Assembly: GCA_052426225.1 (NCBI GenBank)
Contig: JBNJNM010000012.1
Coordinates: 930,001 to 994,000, forward strand
DNA length: 64,000 nucleotides
Source: Zancudomyces culisetae HAW-14-8
Lineage: Eukaryota; Fungi; Kickxellomycota
Reading direction: 5' to 3'
The notes under the pieces were generated by a model. That model saw nothing but the letters and a program-made list of their open reading frames with translations. It made no database searches and was not told where the DNA came from. The stretch's first letter is position 1. Every line of letters begins with the position of its first letter. Of this stretch, positions 19,095 to 32,700 are shown piece after piece. A program made the position numbers and the translations under genes.

Positions 19095-21415
19095 GGTAAA
19101 TATAAATGGCTAATAAAAAACTAATAATGACCATATTTTAGTGTTTAATAACCTATTAAAAAATGTCAATACTATTTCGATAAATAATGTCCCATATTCT
19201 GACCATAAATCACTTTCATTTAGTTTATGTGAAATTCAAACAGAAAACGCTAACAAAAGAATTTATAGAAACTTGGTAATTTAATTCCAACTTTTAAATA
19301 ATGATCATTTCAAACTTGCAATGGAGACACTTTTCAATTTACATTAGTGAATGTCCATTAGACAATTGAGCAACATTTAAATTAAATAAAAGAGTATACC
19401 ATTTGGTTGGGTATAAAATATTACGAAACCTATTAATTTTTTAGTTTGGGAATAGAAGGAAAACAATGCAATTTATTCATATATCAAATCCGCATCAAAT
19501 AAAATATTAAACACGGAAATCTTTGCTGTAGTGCAAAAATTTCAAATTAAAATTGAAATGAAATTCCAAGGAATGGCAATTAGAGCAAAACAAAATTATT
19601 TACTGGGACATGAAAAACCCAGCAAATACTTCTTTAATATGCTAAAGGTGAAAGATCGTAAGAAGATGATTTATTCGCTAAAGATGACAACGGCTTCTTA
19701 ATCACAGAACAACGTTTGTAAAAAAATACTATATTTAATTTATACAGTAATTTATTTGAATCTGGTCAAACAGAAAAAATTTGCCAAAATTTTTTATTGA
19801 GCAAAATGAAAATCATTTGACCATGGAACAAAGAGAAGAAATGGATAATGAAATATCCAAAGAAGAGATTGAAGAGGCAATTATGACCAGCCCAAGGGAA
19901 ATATCCCCAGGCCCTGATGGCCTAACTTTTGAATTTTATAAAAAATATATTAATGAAACAACTTACATACTATATGAAGTATTTAATAGTTACATGATTG
20001 GGTACAATAAATGGCTTGGGAGTCCATCATAACAACGATTCCCAAACCAGGAAACCCATCTTTGATATAAAATTATAGTCCAATTAGTCTGTCTAGCTGC
20101 GACGAAAAGATACTAACAAGGATACTGGCAACACGATCGCAAAAGTATATTCGCTTGTTAGTAGAACCCAATCAAACAGGATTTATCAAAAAGCGTAGTA
20201 TTTTTGATAACATCCATCTAACCAATACCTTATTGGAATTTGGAAAGATGGATCCTGAAACCTATAAAGAACATTTGATCCTTCTGGATCAAGAAAAAGC
20301 CTATGATAGGGTCAATTGGGAATATATGTATAGATGTTTAAGAACCTTCGGTATTGACCCTTGGTTTTTACATTTTATACAAAAAATCTACAATGATGCT
20401 ACGACCAGAGTAGTAGTAAATAAGGAATTTACTGATCCAATAAAAATAAAAAATGGCCTACGGCAAGGTGACCCACTATCACCATTGCAATATAATCTAG
20501 TAATAGAACCACTATTACTGGCCATATAAGATGAAATATCAGGCATTCATTTGCCTGGAGCAATTTTTAATGCAATAGCTTATACGGACGACATTGCTAT
20601 TGGCATTAAAAATTGTGATGACCTTGAAAAATTAAATGATTTACTCAATAAGCACTACAATGCTGCAAATGCTCGCATTAATATTGACAAATCAGTGTTA
20701 ATTAAAGTGGGAAATCCACTACCAGTAACATTCGAAATTCCATTAATCGCCGAAAATGAGAATTTCAAATACCTTGGTGTATGGCTCAATTCGAAAGGAG
20801 TGGACATAAAATACACCAATGGTATCCTCCTAAGCAAATTAGAATCAAAAATTAATTCTATGAAACTTAGAAATCTCTCTTTGAGAGGCAAGGTGCTGCT
20901 AACCAATACATTTTTGTATTCAAAAATTTATTTTGCAGCCCATTGTCATGAACTGATTCTAGAATGTTCGAAAACGTTCTAGAATCATCGGATTTTATTC
21001 CGCAGTAATGTTTAGAATGTTCCCCAACATTCTAGAACATTACCGAAAATTCACATTATTTATTAATTTTTATTACGTAATAATTTTCACATGTTTAATT
21101 TTAATAGCATTCGAGTTTGAATTTTGTTTGATTACTAATCCAATTTGATTAGTAATCAAACACGTTTTTCTTTAGCTTGAATTTTTAGCTATTCCGCAGT
21201 TTTCATAGTGATTATGTTCAAAAACCAAGGCTGGAAAAAAGTATAAAAAGGGTACAAATTTCCTGTCTTGGTTTCAGTATCTAGTATCTTGTATACATTC
21301 ATACAATAAACTTTAATAATAATAAATATAACTTTCCAGACTCCAGATCTTGACACTATACTAGATCAAAATATTATATTTATTATTTTCTGACACCAGC
21401 CTAAGTATTTTAACC

Positions 21416-22636
21416 ATGGAACCGTTTAGCCCAGAACAAGTTGAATTCCTCAACAAAGCCGCCGTGACCCTGCCAACAGTTGAAGAAGCCCTCCAGCAAC
21501 TACTAATAAGAGTAGAAAAAGCCGAGTCTGCCATCAAGGAACACCCTGCCACAGTATCCAAGAAAATTTATGACAAGGTCAAAGCAGACACTACCAAGTC
21601 CATCCAGACCATTCTTGACTCCATGAACAACCTCCAGTCCGATATCCAGAATTCAGACCAGCTAACCCAAAGCGCCATACAGGCCAACCAGTTGGAAATC
21701 CAATCCCTTCAGGACCAGCTCAGTACCCTCAGGAACGAAGTCATACTTTATATAACTGAAAACCGTGCCACCAAAGTTGCTAGTACTTCTGAACCTAGTA
21801 TCAAAGTAAGACACCCAGACACATTTTCAGGAAAACCCTCCGCCTGTTCCAACTTCTTTTCACAGCTTGCTCTCGTCTTTGCCGCTTCACCCGATAAATT
21901 CAACACAGACTCAAGTAAAGTCTTGTATGCCATCTCCTACCTCTCAGGCACACCATTCAGTTTCATGGAACCTTACCTCATGAAAGCAAACCTTCCAGAG
22001 TCTGATCGTCCTGCCATCCTCTCCAACTACAATCTGTTTAAAGAAACTATCACTCGTGCCTTTGGTGATCCCAACCCTATTGAGAATGCTGATAGGGCAA
22101 TCCGCCAACTCCGCCAAACCACTTCCGTTGCCGCATATGCCACCGAGTTTAGACGCCTACAGATGTTAATTGACTGGAACCAACCACCTTTGATCTCACA
22201 GTTTCTATCCGGTCTCAAGTACAACGTATCCCAGGAACTCAACCGTAGAGAACAAATAGAAGACATCGATACCCTGATCTCTACAGCCATCCAGATCGAC
22301 AACCGCCTCTTCAGCCATCCACAACGTCGTCAACCTCCAGTTAACCCCACTGCAACTATGCCACCCAAACCCACTGCTTACAACCCGTTTGCTTCACCTG
22401 TTTCTGCACCATCTACCACTCCACCAGCTAATAGTGATGGACCTCAACCAATGGATCTCAGTACCGCTTCATCGACTAGAAGACCACCACTTACTCCTGC
22501 TCAAAGAGCATACCGTATCGAAAACAACCTCTGTCTCTATTGTGGCGGTAATGACCATTTCAACATCAACTGTCCAAAAAAACGCCACAACATCTCCAGC
22601 ATTACACCAACACAGGAAAACGACACCGCCCAGTAG
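21416..22636 (+). CDS. gag: Gag (chromovirus)
   Basis: PDTFSG, LRQTTSVAAYATEF, PQPMDLS, CLYCGGNDHFNINC zinc knuckle. Confidence 0.93.
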   Translation: MEPFSPEQVEFLNKAAVTLPTVEEALQQLLIRVEKAESAIKEHPATVSKKIYDKVKADTTKSIQTILDSMNNLQSDIQNSDQLTQSAIQANQLEIQSLQDQLSTLRNEVILYITENRATKVASTSEPSIKVRHPDTFSGKPSACSNFFSQLALVFAASPDKFNTDSSKVLYAISYLSGTPFSFMEPYLMKANLPESDRPAILSNYNLFKETITRAFGDPNPIENADRAIRQLRQTTSVAAYATEFRRLQMLIDWNQPPLISQFLSGLKYNVSQELNRREQIEDIDTLISTAIQIDNRLFSHPQRRQPPVNPTATMPPKPTAYNPFASPVSAPSTTPPANSDGPQPMDLSTASSTRRPPLTPAQRAYRIENNLCLYCGGNDHFNINCPKKRHNISSITPTQENDTAQ

Positions 22637-22674
22637 ACAGTAAGGGACACCTATTGGGCAACTTAGCCAGTCCC
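22615..22674 (+). promoter_or_regulatory. Predicted -1 ribosomal frameshift signal (slippery site plus pseudoknot)
   Basis: G GAA AAC (22615-22621) in the gag frame; 6-nt spacer; stem GCCCAGTAG/CTATTGGGC; loop GGGAC can pair with GTCCC (22670-22674); the -1 frame is open into the protease. Confidence 0.75.
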
Positions 22675-25600
22675 CACGCCACTGTAACCACTCCTGTTTC
22701 TGACACCCAATCTCCTGATAAACCAAACACCTTGACCATTCCTGTAACCATCTTGTCCAAGCACCACCACATCAAAACCTACGCTATGGTTGATTCTGGT
22801 GCTTCGTCCTCGTTCATTGACGCCACCTTTGCTCTAAAAAACAATCTACCATCTATATCTAGAAAAATGACAATCACGCTCGCTGACGGATCAAAGCTTA
22901 GATCCAACTCTGCCTCCCAAGTAACACTAAAAATCAACGATAACCATCTCGAAAGTATCTATCTGCAACAAATAGATCTTGGATCTTCACCAATCATCCT
23001 TGGTCTTTCCTGGCTTCAACAACACAATCCTGACATCAACTGGACTGAAAACGTAGTCCATCTGCCGTGTACCTTGTCTTCTTGTGGGCCCAACCATGTC
23101 AACCTAGACATATCTCTTGTGGGCTCAAACCAGTTTAAAGAACATCTGAAGGCACCAGACACTGTCTATGCTGGTGCAATTACCGTGAACAATCTTGAAT
23201 CCCTTGTAGCTCCTGAATCTTGTGAAAATCTCTGTCTTGTCTCTGAATCTAATCCTGAAACCCCTGTTACTCCTGTAATCCCTGAAAAGTATTAAATGTT
23301 TGAATCTGTCTTCTCTGAATCCCAATCTGCCAAACTGCCTGAACATCGTCCATATGATCATACCATTCCTTTGCTTCCTGACTCAAAGATACCATATGGC
23401 CCATTGTACAACCTCTCCCAATTGGAACTAAAGACCCTGTACGACTACATTCAGGAAAACCTAGCCAATGGTTTTATCCAACGCTCTGAATCCCCGGCTG
23501 GGGCTCCCGTCCTATTTGTAAAAAAGAAAGATGGTAGTCTCCGGTTGTGCGTCGACTATAGAGCCCTGAATAAGATCACTGTCCCCAACCGTGCAGCCTT
23601 GCCACTCATCTCTGAAACCTTGGATCGGCTTGGCAAAGCCAAGATATTCACCAAGCTGGATATGAAATCCGCATACCACATGATCAGGATCTCGCCTGGT
23701 GAAGAATGGAAGACCGCGTTTCGTACACGCTACGGCCACTTTGAGTATAAGGTCATGCCGTTTGGCCTTATGAATGCTCCAGCCACGTTCCAGTCCTTTG
23801 TTAACGATCTCTTCCGTGAATACATTGATCAATTCCTTGTTGTGTACATCGATGATCTGTTAATCTACTCAGATGATATCGATAAGCACTATGACCACGT
23901 CTGCCTTGTCTTGAAGAAGCTTCAGGAACACAATCTCACCCTCAAGCTAGAGAAATGTGAGTTTGATGTACAATCAGTACAGTTCCTCGGTTTTGTAATT
24001 GGTCCCAACGGAATCTCTATGGATCCATCTAAAGTATCCAGCGTTACCGAATGGAAGACACCAACTTGTGTCCGTGACGTTCAGGTATTCCTTGGCCTTA
24101 CAAACTTCTACCGCCGTTTTATTCTGAACTACTCCAAGATATCTCTGCCACTCACCGCCTTGTTGAAAAAAGGTGTTCAATTCCAGTGGACACCCAAAGC
24201 TGAAGAAGCTTTCGCCTTGCTAAAAGAAACCATGATCAGTAACCCAGTCTTAGCTCACTACAATCCTGACCAGCCTTGTATCATCGAAACCGATGCATCA
24301 GATTTTGCATTAGGTGCCATTTGCAGCCAGTATGACAACGAGGGACAACTCCACCCTGTTGCATACTACTCCCGGAAACTCCTGCCTGCTGAAGTGAATT
24401 ATCAAATCTATGATAAGGAACTGTTAGCAATTATCGACGCTTTTGCTCACTGGCGTCACTACCTTGAATTTTCTGTACACCCAACCGTTGTTATGACCGA
24501 CCATAAAAACTTGGAATACTTCTCCACTACCAGAAATCTTAGTCGCCGCCAAGTCAGATGGTCAGAATACCTCAGTAACTTCAACTTTGTCATCAAGTAC
24601 CGCCCTGGAAAACAGAACACTGCCGCCGATGCTCTTTCTCGGAAAGACCAACCTTGGAAGGGGGGTGACTCCCGTACTGACCAAAACAAAATAACTTTGC
24701 TGCCTCCTGAAATCTTCTTGAAGTCCATGACTAGTACACCTGTTGAACCTTTGTCCTCCACGCTCATGAACAACATCAAGTCACTACAACATAAAGACAC
24801 GTACTTTGGACCCATTTACACTGACTTATCCAAGAAACCTGATACCCATGAAAAGTTCGCTCTTGTTGACAATCTTCTGCACTATGATGGACTAATCTGT
24901 ATCCCCTCAGACGACAACATCAAAAGAACAATTCTGATTGAATGCCATGATTCCCCTGCTGCCGGCCACTTTGGAAATGCAAAGACGTACGAACTTGTAT
25001 CTCGCAACTTTTACTGGCCAACCATGAGAAAATATATCAAAGACTACATCTCTGGTTGCGATACCTGTCAACGCAACAAATCCTCTCGCCATAAACCATA
25101 TGGCTACCTCGCTCCACTTCCCGTTCCTGATTCACCTTGGTCATCTGTTTCTGTCGACTTCATCACTCAGCTACCTCCATCCAATAACTTTACTGCAATC
25201 TGTGTATTTGTGGATCGCCTTACCAAGATGGCGCATTTTGTTCCCACAACCAATGAAATTGATGCTGAAGGTACTGCAGATCTGTTTATCCAACATGTCT
25301 TCTGCAAACATGGGCTCCCTAAAGTCATCGTATCTGATAGAGGTGTAACCTTCAACTCATCATTCATGCGTACTCTAATGAAATCTCTGAATATTGAACA
25401 GAAAATGTCCACCGCATTCCATCCTCAGACAGATGGACAAACTGAACGCGTAAACTCAGTATTGGAACAGTATCTCAGGTGCTACATTGATTACCAACAA
25501 ACTGATTGGTCAAAGTGGTTACCAATTGCTGAATTCGCCTACAACAACACATCTCATGCTTCTACTAAAACCACACCTTTCTACGCCAACTATGGCTTCC

Positions 25601-26232
25601 ATCCACGCTTCTCAGTCATAATCCCTCGTACTCAAGTTTTAAATCCTGCCTCCTCTGATAGATCCAAACGACTATCTGATATCCACCAAGAACTGAAGTT
25701 TAACATCTCCCTTGCCCTTGAAGACCATGAGAAATACTACAACCGAAAAGTATCATCACAACCTGACTTCAACATTGGTGATCTTGTCTATCTATCAACT
25801 AAAAACATCAGGACTCAAAGACCAAGCAAGAAGCTTGACTATCGGAAACTTGGTCCATTCAAAGTATTGGAAAAGATTGGACAAAGATCATACAAACTTC
25901 AGCTACCACACACAATGAAGATTCACCCAGTATTCCACGTCAATCTCCTTGAACCTTGTAAACCAGATCTGATCCCAGACAGACTATCAAAACCGCTTCC
26001 ACCTGTGATCATTGATGGTCAAGAAGAATATGAAGTTGAGAAAATCCTAGACAGTAAAATATTTGGTAGAACTGTCAAATACCTGGTACACTGGAAAGGA
26101 TACCCAGACACTGAACGTACCTGGCAAACATATTCTGACTTAGCAAATGCAAAATATCTTGTCACTGAATTCCATCGTCACCATCCTGAAAAACCAAAGC
26201 CACCACAAATGCTTCACGGAGCTCAGCCTTAA
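22616..26232 (+). pseudogene. pol: Pol (protease-RT-RNase H-integrase-chromodomain) with one in-frame TAA at 23293-23295
   Basis: DSGA, YIDD, TDAS, DFIT/SDRG/ERVN, GPF, chromodomain EYEVEKILD...YLVHWKGY...TW; ORFs 22654-23295 and 23296-26232 are in the same frame. Confidence 0.9.
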
Positions 26233-29200
26233 GAGGGGAGGTCGTGTCATGAACTGATTCTAGAATGTTCGAAAACGTTCTAGAATCATCGGATTTTATT
26301 CCGCAGTAATGTTTAGAATGTTCCCCAACATTCTAGAACATTACCGAAAATTCACATTATTTATTAATTTTTATTACGTAATAATTTTCACATGTTTAAT
26401 TTTAATAGCATTCGAGTTTGAATTTTGTTTGATTACTAATCCAATTTGATTAGTAATCAAACACGTTTTTCTTTAGCTTGAATTTTTAGCTATTCCGCAG
26501 TTTTCATAGTGATTATGTTCAAAAACCAAGGCTGGAAAAAAGTATAAAAAGGGTACAAATTTCCTGTCTTGGTTTCAGTATCTAGTATCTTGTATACATT
26601 CATACAATAAACTTTAATAATAATAAATATAACTTTCCAGACTCCAGATCTTGACACCCATATTGTCCCATTTGACAAATCATTTTTGACAATGGTGAAA
26701 AATAAAATCCGCAATTTTATCTGGGGTGGAAAAAAATCCAAGATAAAATTAGAAACACTTGAACTCCCAAAAAAACTGGGTGGTTTAGGGCTGATTGATA
26801 TTCAAGCTCAAGTAAATTTAATTTACGCAAAAATGATATCAACTTTACTAAGTGAACACAAACAAAACATTTGGAATTTACCAGCCAAATATTTGCTCAA
26901 ACAAACTCAAACAAACTCAACACGGATCTTGATCAATTTGAGGTATCAGAACTCTTTTGGGACACCAAAAGGATAAAAAATAAAAAAAACATGGAACCAT
27001 CAATTAAAATATTATTGAGGTTTGGAACATCTTGAGCTCAATTAGTAATAATATTGTTACTGAATAAACAAAACATGATATTTTGAATCTCAGTGTATCC
27101 TATTTGGATAAAGCACTGGGAATCAAACTAACCAACAACCAATTTAGAATTCTAAAAACCAATGGAATATCTAATTTGGAATAATTTTTCAATCTCTAAA
27201 TATTAAAAAATCAACGCAAAGTGGAATTATAGTCACTTCAACAATACTAGAAGACAATACAGAAATTACAATAGGCAATAAATATGTTTACTAATGGAAT
27301 AGTAAAAAAGAAAAAATCGAGGATTACAAATTACACTCAGGTGTTGTCCGTTTTAAAAAATGCCCATTGGGCAATATTAATAGGAACAATATACAAAAAT
27401 TATTTACTTCAACAAACTAGGAACACAAAATATAGTTGATGCAAACTCCAAACAGCTAAAAATTATTTTTAACTATAGTTTTACTAATTTCAGCTGGAAG
27501 CTACTATACAATTAAATGTAGAGAAAAAAATCAAAAGTAACCTAATTATATTTCTTCATGGCGCAATAACCAATGATTCAGTGGCATCAAATGGTTTGGA
27601 AATCGAACTGAGATCTCAATACGGAATAAATGTAATAATGTTTTAACTGATGATTTTAATTAATATTTATATGACATTGGTATGTTAATAATTATTGTAA
27701 ATAGAATATTCGATTATTTATATTAAACAGATATATATACTCAGAAACGTAAGGCTTGGAAATTAGTTAGATTAAATTGTGATGAAATACTGATTTTATT
27801 ATTAACTAACCACCACCTAAATGAATCCAAAATTTATACGGCAACAACTAATATAATTATCAACATAGCATGTTCAGAATGTATTATCAATTATAATATT
27901 TACTATCTACTTACTCTGCAAAAAGCATCAATATATTAACTACAATCAATTAATAAAAAAAGTCTGGACTGGAAGATTTCAAGAATCGAATTCTTACCTA
28001 TATGAATTCATGTAACCTACCTGTACTTTATTGACAATATTTCCATCAAAACTAAATATAAATTATTTAATACACAAAATGTAAATATTTAATAATGTCT
28101 ATAACCTTTATTTCGTACAGTTTCGATTCTAGTAAGACAAAGTTAAACTAACGTTCTAGAAATATATGTTATTCGTTTAAAATTTAATATAGTATATTAA
28201 TATAGAAGTATGATTTTTCATTTTTTATCTTAAGAAATTCAAATGATAAATGTTATTATTCTAAAATCATAATTAAAATAGCTAAATAACTATTAGGAAA
28301 TACATACTTATGTATTGGTGATTAATTTAGTCAGAATATTAAATATTAATATCATGAAAAGATAAAATTACAGAGTACTTTAATTAAATTAAATTGATTA
28401 TAAAATTGGCATAATTAGGATTAATTTATATAAACTGTAGTAAAGAGGCTTATTTTTTGCCACAAATCAATTGCAATTCCTGAGTAGATAAAAATCACCT
28501 ATCAATCACACTTGATTAAAAGTATTAACGATCTATGACAAAAAAGAGAATAACAAACAGAACTAACATAATGGGCACTTAATGAAACATTATGGTATTT
28601 CTTAACGTTAACTCTTAGCATATTCGATAATACATACTTAAATTGCAAATGTACTTGTTCATTATAGTATATATTTGTTAAGATTAATATGTCATTATGA
28701 ATTATTTCATTTGTTGATTTATTACATAACTCACTGATAAATCACAAAAGAATTTTGATTTAATCGAACAGAATTTGCTAAAAAAAATAATCTATTATAA
28801 CACATGTAGATTACTCATTTACTGCGAAATTCATAAAATGGTATTAGTAATCAATGTAAAATTATAATTCTTTTAAATTATAGAATATAATTAGTTAATC
28901 TATATATTTATAGTTAATAAGATCATTATCAAATTTTATGTAATATTATTATTGTTATAACGATAGAAATTAAATTTACTTAGATTAGTTGCTGAAAACA
29001 TTATGTGTTTAAATATACTGTTAAATATAAAAGTAATTCATATTCTTATTACGAATTAAAAAATTTAGGAGAAAAAGAGACCGGAGATAACTGAATATTT
29101 GTGATAAAATGTAATATTAGTAGATAATATAAGTTATTTGTTATAATATTTCAGCTAATGTGATGGCTGAGTTTAGTATAGCTCTGATTATGTCAGTTAT

Positions 29201-29696
29201 ACTCAGGTCTCGGATCACTTCACGGGTTCTGATTGCTGTAATATGAATGTTTTTAATGTCGTATATTATTAATATAATAATAATAAAACAATAAATAAAC
29301 CGTTTCAGTATCAAGTGCTATTTGCTATTAATAGTATATGTAAACGTATATGTAAAGTATTATCTGGTAAAAAAAGGCTAAAGATGCTATTTTCATTGTC
29401 CACTCTCGTTATATTCGGTTTGTTATTCAATTTACTATCTTAGATCATTTTTACTATTTATGCTGCTAGCACTCATTGGTATTTATCTTCTCTAAGAAAT
29501 CGCAATTGATACGCCAAAAAAAAGTATTTAGGCGTTATACTACAAATCAAAACCGAGCAATACTTCAATAGATATTTAAACAGTATACTACTAACTCTAT
29601 CTTATTTACTCACTTGAAAATTGCAAGAGTCGATGAGCTAAAATAATAATGAAAAATATATAGGAAATGAAAATTTGAATTTTGAGCAAAAATGAT

Positions 29697-29767
29697 TGCC
29701 GTTGCCTGGAATCGAACCAAGGTCGACGCGGCCACAACGCGATGTACTGCCACTATACTACAACGGC
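29697..29767 (-). tRNA. tRNA-His (anticodon GTG)
   Basis: GCCGTTG TA GTAT AGTGGC AGTAC A TCGCG TT-GTG-GC CGCGT CGAC CTTGG TTCGATT CCAGG CAACGGC A; G-1 not encoded (eukaryotic pattern); T5 run a few nt downstream. Confidence 0.95.
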
Positions 29768-29775
29768 AAGTGTGT

Positions 29776-32700
29776 TGTTGTAATTTTAGTTTGCAGAAAA
29801 TTTCTCAGAAAATTTTCGCAACTAAACCTACAAAAAGTTCTGCTAATAGAGGGGGATTGTTACTGGAATAAGTTTTACTTTATTTAACCAGTCAACCCTA
29901 CCTTTTTAGCTTATATTTAATTTAGTTTTATGTATTTATTACTTCAATAAATGCGATAAAACTGGGTAAAATTACGCCCAACTCCTAAAATTTGGTGTGC
30001 AAAACAATTAATTTTGGTCCAAAAATTAGACTCTGATACCTTTCTGATACCCTTTGAAAATTGTGTTACGCTTCACTACCTATGTTTTTTTTTGGTTTTA
30101 GGTAGGTTTTTGCTCAAATCACAAATTTCAATTTTATAGAGTAAAATCAAGTATTTTAGAGCTAATTTGTATTTTATTTAATGAATAACTTTTAAAAATA
30201 AAAAGATAAAACCACCAAACTTGTGGTGGGGTTACTAGTAATATACTAGTACCTGACTAGCTATTTTATTAGAACTTTATATAATAGAAACTTAAAATAA
30301 AATAATCAAAACTTAATATTGACTCACTTTTTGGGTGATAATTTCACCCTAGTAATCCCAGATTACTAGCTCGAACACCCGAGATAACGGTGGTTATTCG
30401 GTGTTTGAGAAGCTGTATGCTGTTTATCCAATAGTTTAGCTTGGATAGAACTAAGCATACAACACCTCCCCCCCACAGCTTACACTCAGGGTTTCAACCT
30501 TTGTGTGCAAGCTTTAATTCTTGAAGCGTCTCAAAGTGCTCCGAATATTCCCTGGCGTGATCTCGGGAATCATATGTTCTGCCTGGCGATATGGTTTAAG
30601 GCGGTCTCCATTAACCAAGTCACGGTGTCCTGCTGGATCTTGGATAACGTATGTGCCTAACCTAAGTACTCTGGTGACGGTATATGGTCCTTCCCAGTAG
30701 GGTTCCAATTTTCCTGAAGGCTGCTCAACTTTTCTGAGCACCTTGTCACCTTCCTTGAAACGGTAGACAGTTACTTGTTTGTCATACCTTTGCTTCATGA
30801 CCTGGTTTGCCTCAGCCATTTTCTCAACTGCTAGGCGCCTTATCTCGGGGATACCAACTTGGATGGCGTTTACCCTTTGAATAATCTCTTCCTCGAGATC
30901 TTCCACTTCTGCAGGAGGTCTCCAAGTTGCTGGGGTTTGCAACTTTACTCCATACAGTAACTCTGCGGGGCTTTTATCTGTAGATCTGTTCTTCATAGTC
31001 CTGATGACTAACAAGACCTTCCAGATATAAGTATCCCACTCTTCCTTGTTTCTCTCAGAAACTTTGGCTAACACATTACGGAAAGTTCTATGGAAGCGTT
31101 CCACTTGACCATTAGCTTGGGGACGAAATACGGTAGTTGGGGTGTGGTGAATCCCCACCTCTTCGTAAAACTTAGAGGACAATTCTGATGTGAATGATGC
31201 TCCTCTGTCAGACATAAGTTGTGCGGGTATACCGAACTCTTGCACCACTTTGGTGAACAAGAAGTTAATCACAACTTCCGAAGTAGCATGTGGCACCGCC
31301 ACAGCAATTGGCCACTTCGTCAAGTAGTCTATCGCAGTTATGACATACTTGTTGCCTGATTTTGCTATAGGATTTATAGGTCCTACAAAGTCAATCCCCA
31401 TTATTTCAAACGGTCGCATGGCTAGGAAGGGATGGAGCGGCTCTCTAAAGAATTTACCTTTATCTTGTTTTTGGCAACGCTCACATTCTCCTACAACTTC
31501 CTCAACTACCTCTCGCAACCCTTTACCGAAGTACTTGTTTCGGGCGCGATTCAGGGTATAGAGTATTCCTTCATGACCTTCTTCGTGAATCTCCCGGATT
31601 TTCTCCTTTTGATTCTCATGGTGAAGTACTTCCCTTATCCCAAACTGCTTTGTTACTTTGCATAACTTATTATCCAGCAGCTTGAACAACTTAGCCTTTT
31701 CCCGAAGGCTTTTCCTGAAGTCGTCATTAGCTCTGTTTGGGTAAGTTCTATCCCTTAGGTAGTTGGAAATAGCTGCGTGATGTAACACACCCATCGCCGC
31801 TATTTCTACTTCCTCGGCCTCTGCTCCTGGGGCTACTTCTTCCGTGATTCCTGGATTTCTTGACAGGAAATCAGTAGGGTTTACAGCACCCCTAACATGT
31901 TGGAATTCGTAGTCAAACTCCCGCAGGAACATTGCCCATCGTGCTACTCTGCCATTTAAGTCCTGGGTGTCAAAGACCTTTAGTAATGCCAAATGGTCTG
32001 TCTTCACCACAAACTTTTTCCCCCAAAGGTAGTGTTTAAATTTCTTTATTCCCCACACTACCGCAAGGCCTTCCAAATGAGTAATAGCATAGTTGGCTTC
32101 ATGAATGTTTAGGGTGCGACTGGCGTAAGCTATTGGGCGTTCTTCGCCGTTTATTTCTTGTGTTAAGATAGCTCCCAGTCCGACCCCAGAGGCATCCGTG
32201 GTCAGGATAAATTCCCTGTCCCAATTGGGATGTGCCAGTGTAGGAGCTTGAGTGAGCAGTCTCTTTAGCTCCCGCACCGCCTCTTTACATTCTTCAGACC
32301 ACTCCCAAGAGACATCTTTCTTTAGGAGGTTTGTCAACGGTCTGGCCACTAACGCATAGTTAGGTATAAACTTCCTATAGTACCCAGTGAATCCTAAGAA
32401 GGATTGTATTTCTTTAACATTTCTTGGGTCTATTAGAGTGTTTATACTCACTATTTTATCCTCATTTGTACTTATACCATTCTTACCAATGGTATGCCCC
32501 AAGTAACGAATCTCGGTCTTGCCGAATTCGCACTTATCTTTGTGCAATTGCACTTTACCCTTCCTGAGACATTCAAAAACTTCTTCTAAATGTCCCTTGT
32601 GTTCCTCCCAGGTCTTGGAGTACACAATTATGTCGTCGATAAACACAATCGCACAACGCCATAAAACGTTTGCCAACACTTTCTCCATCAGTTTCTGGAA

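Larger units (their letters stand above)
20944..26656 (+). mobile_element. Chromovirus-type Ty3/Gypsy LTR retrotransposon
   Basis: 412-bp LTRs (20944-21355, 26245-26656) that look identical; 5-bp TSD CCCAT; PPT AAGAGGGGAGG; gag plus -1-frame pol with C-terminal chromodomain. Confidence 0.97.
19450..27300 (+). mobile_element. Decayed L1/Tx1-like non-LTR retrotransposon ORF2, interrupted by a chromovirus
   Basis: Fragments SPGPDG, NQTGF, DQEKAYDRV, GLRQGDPLSP, AYTDD, FKYLG, LSLRGK; continues after the insertion with FIWGGKK...GGLGL. Many stops and frameshifts; ends approximate. Confidence 0.85.

Noticed and set aside
29696-29887. 63-aa ORF overlapping tRNA-His
   Set aside because: Antisense reading of the tRNA and the LTR.
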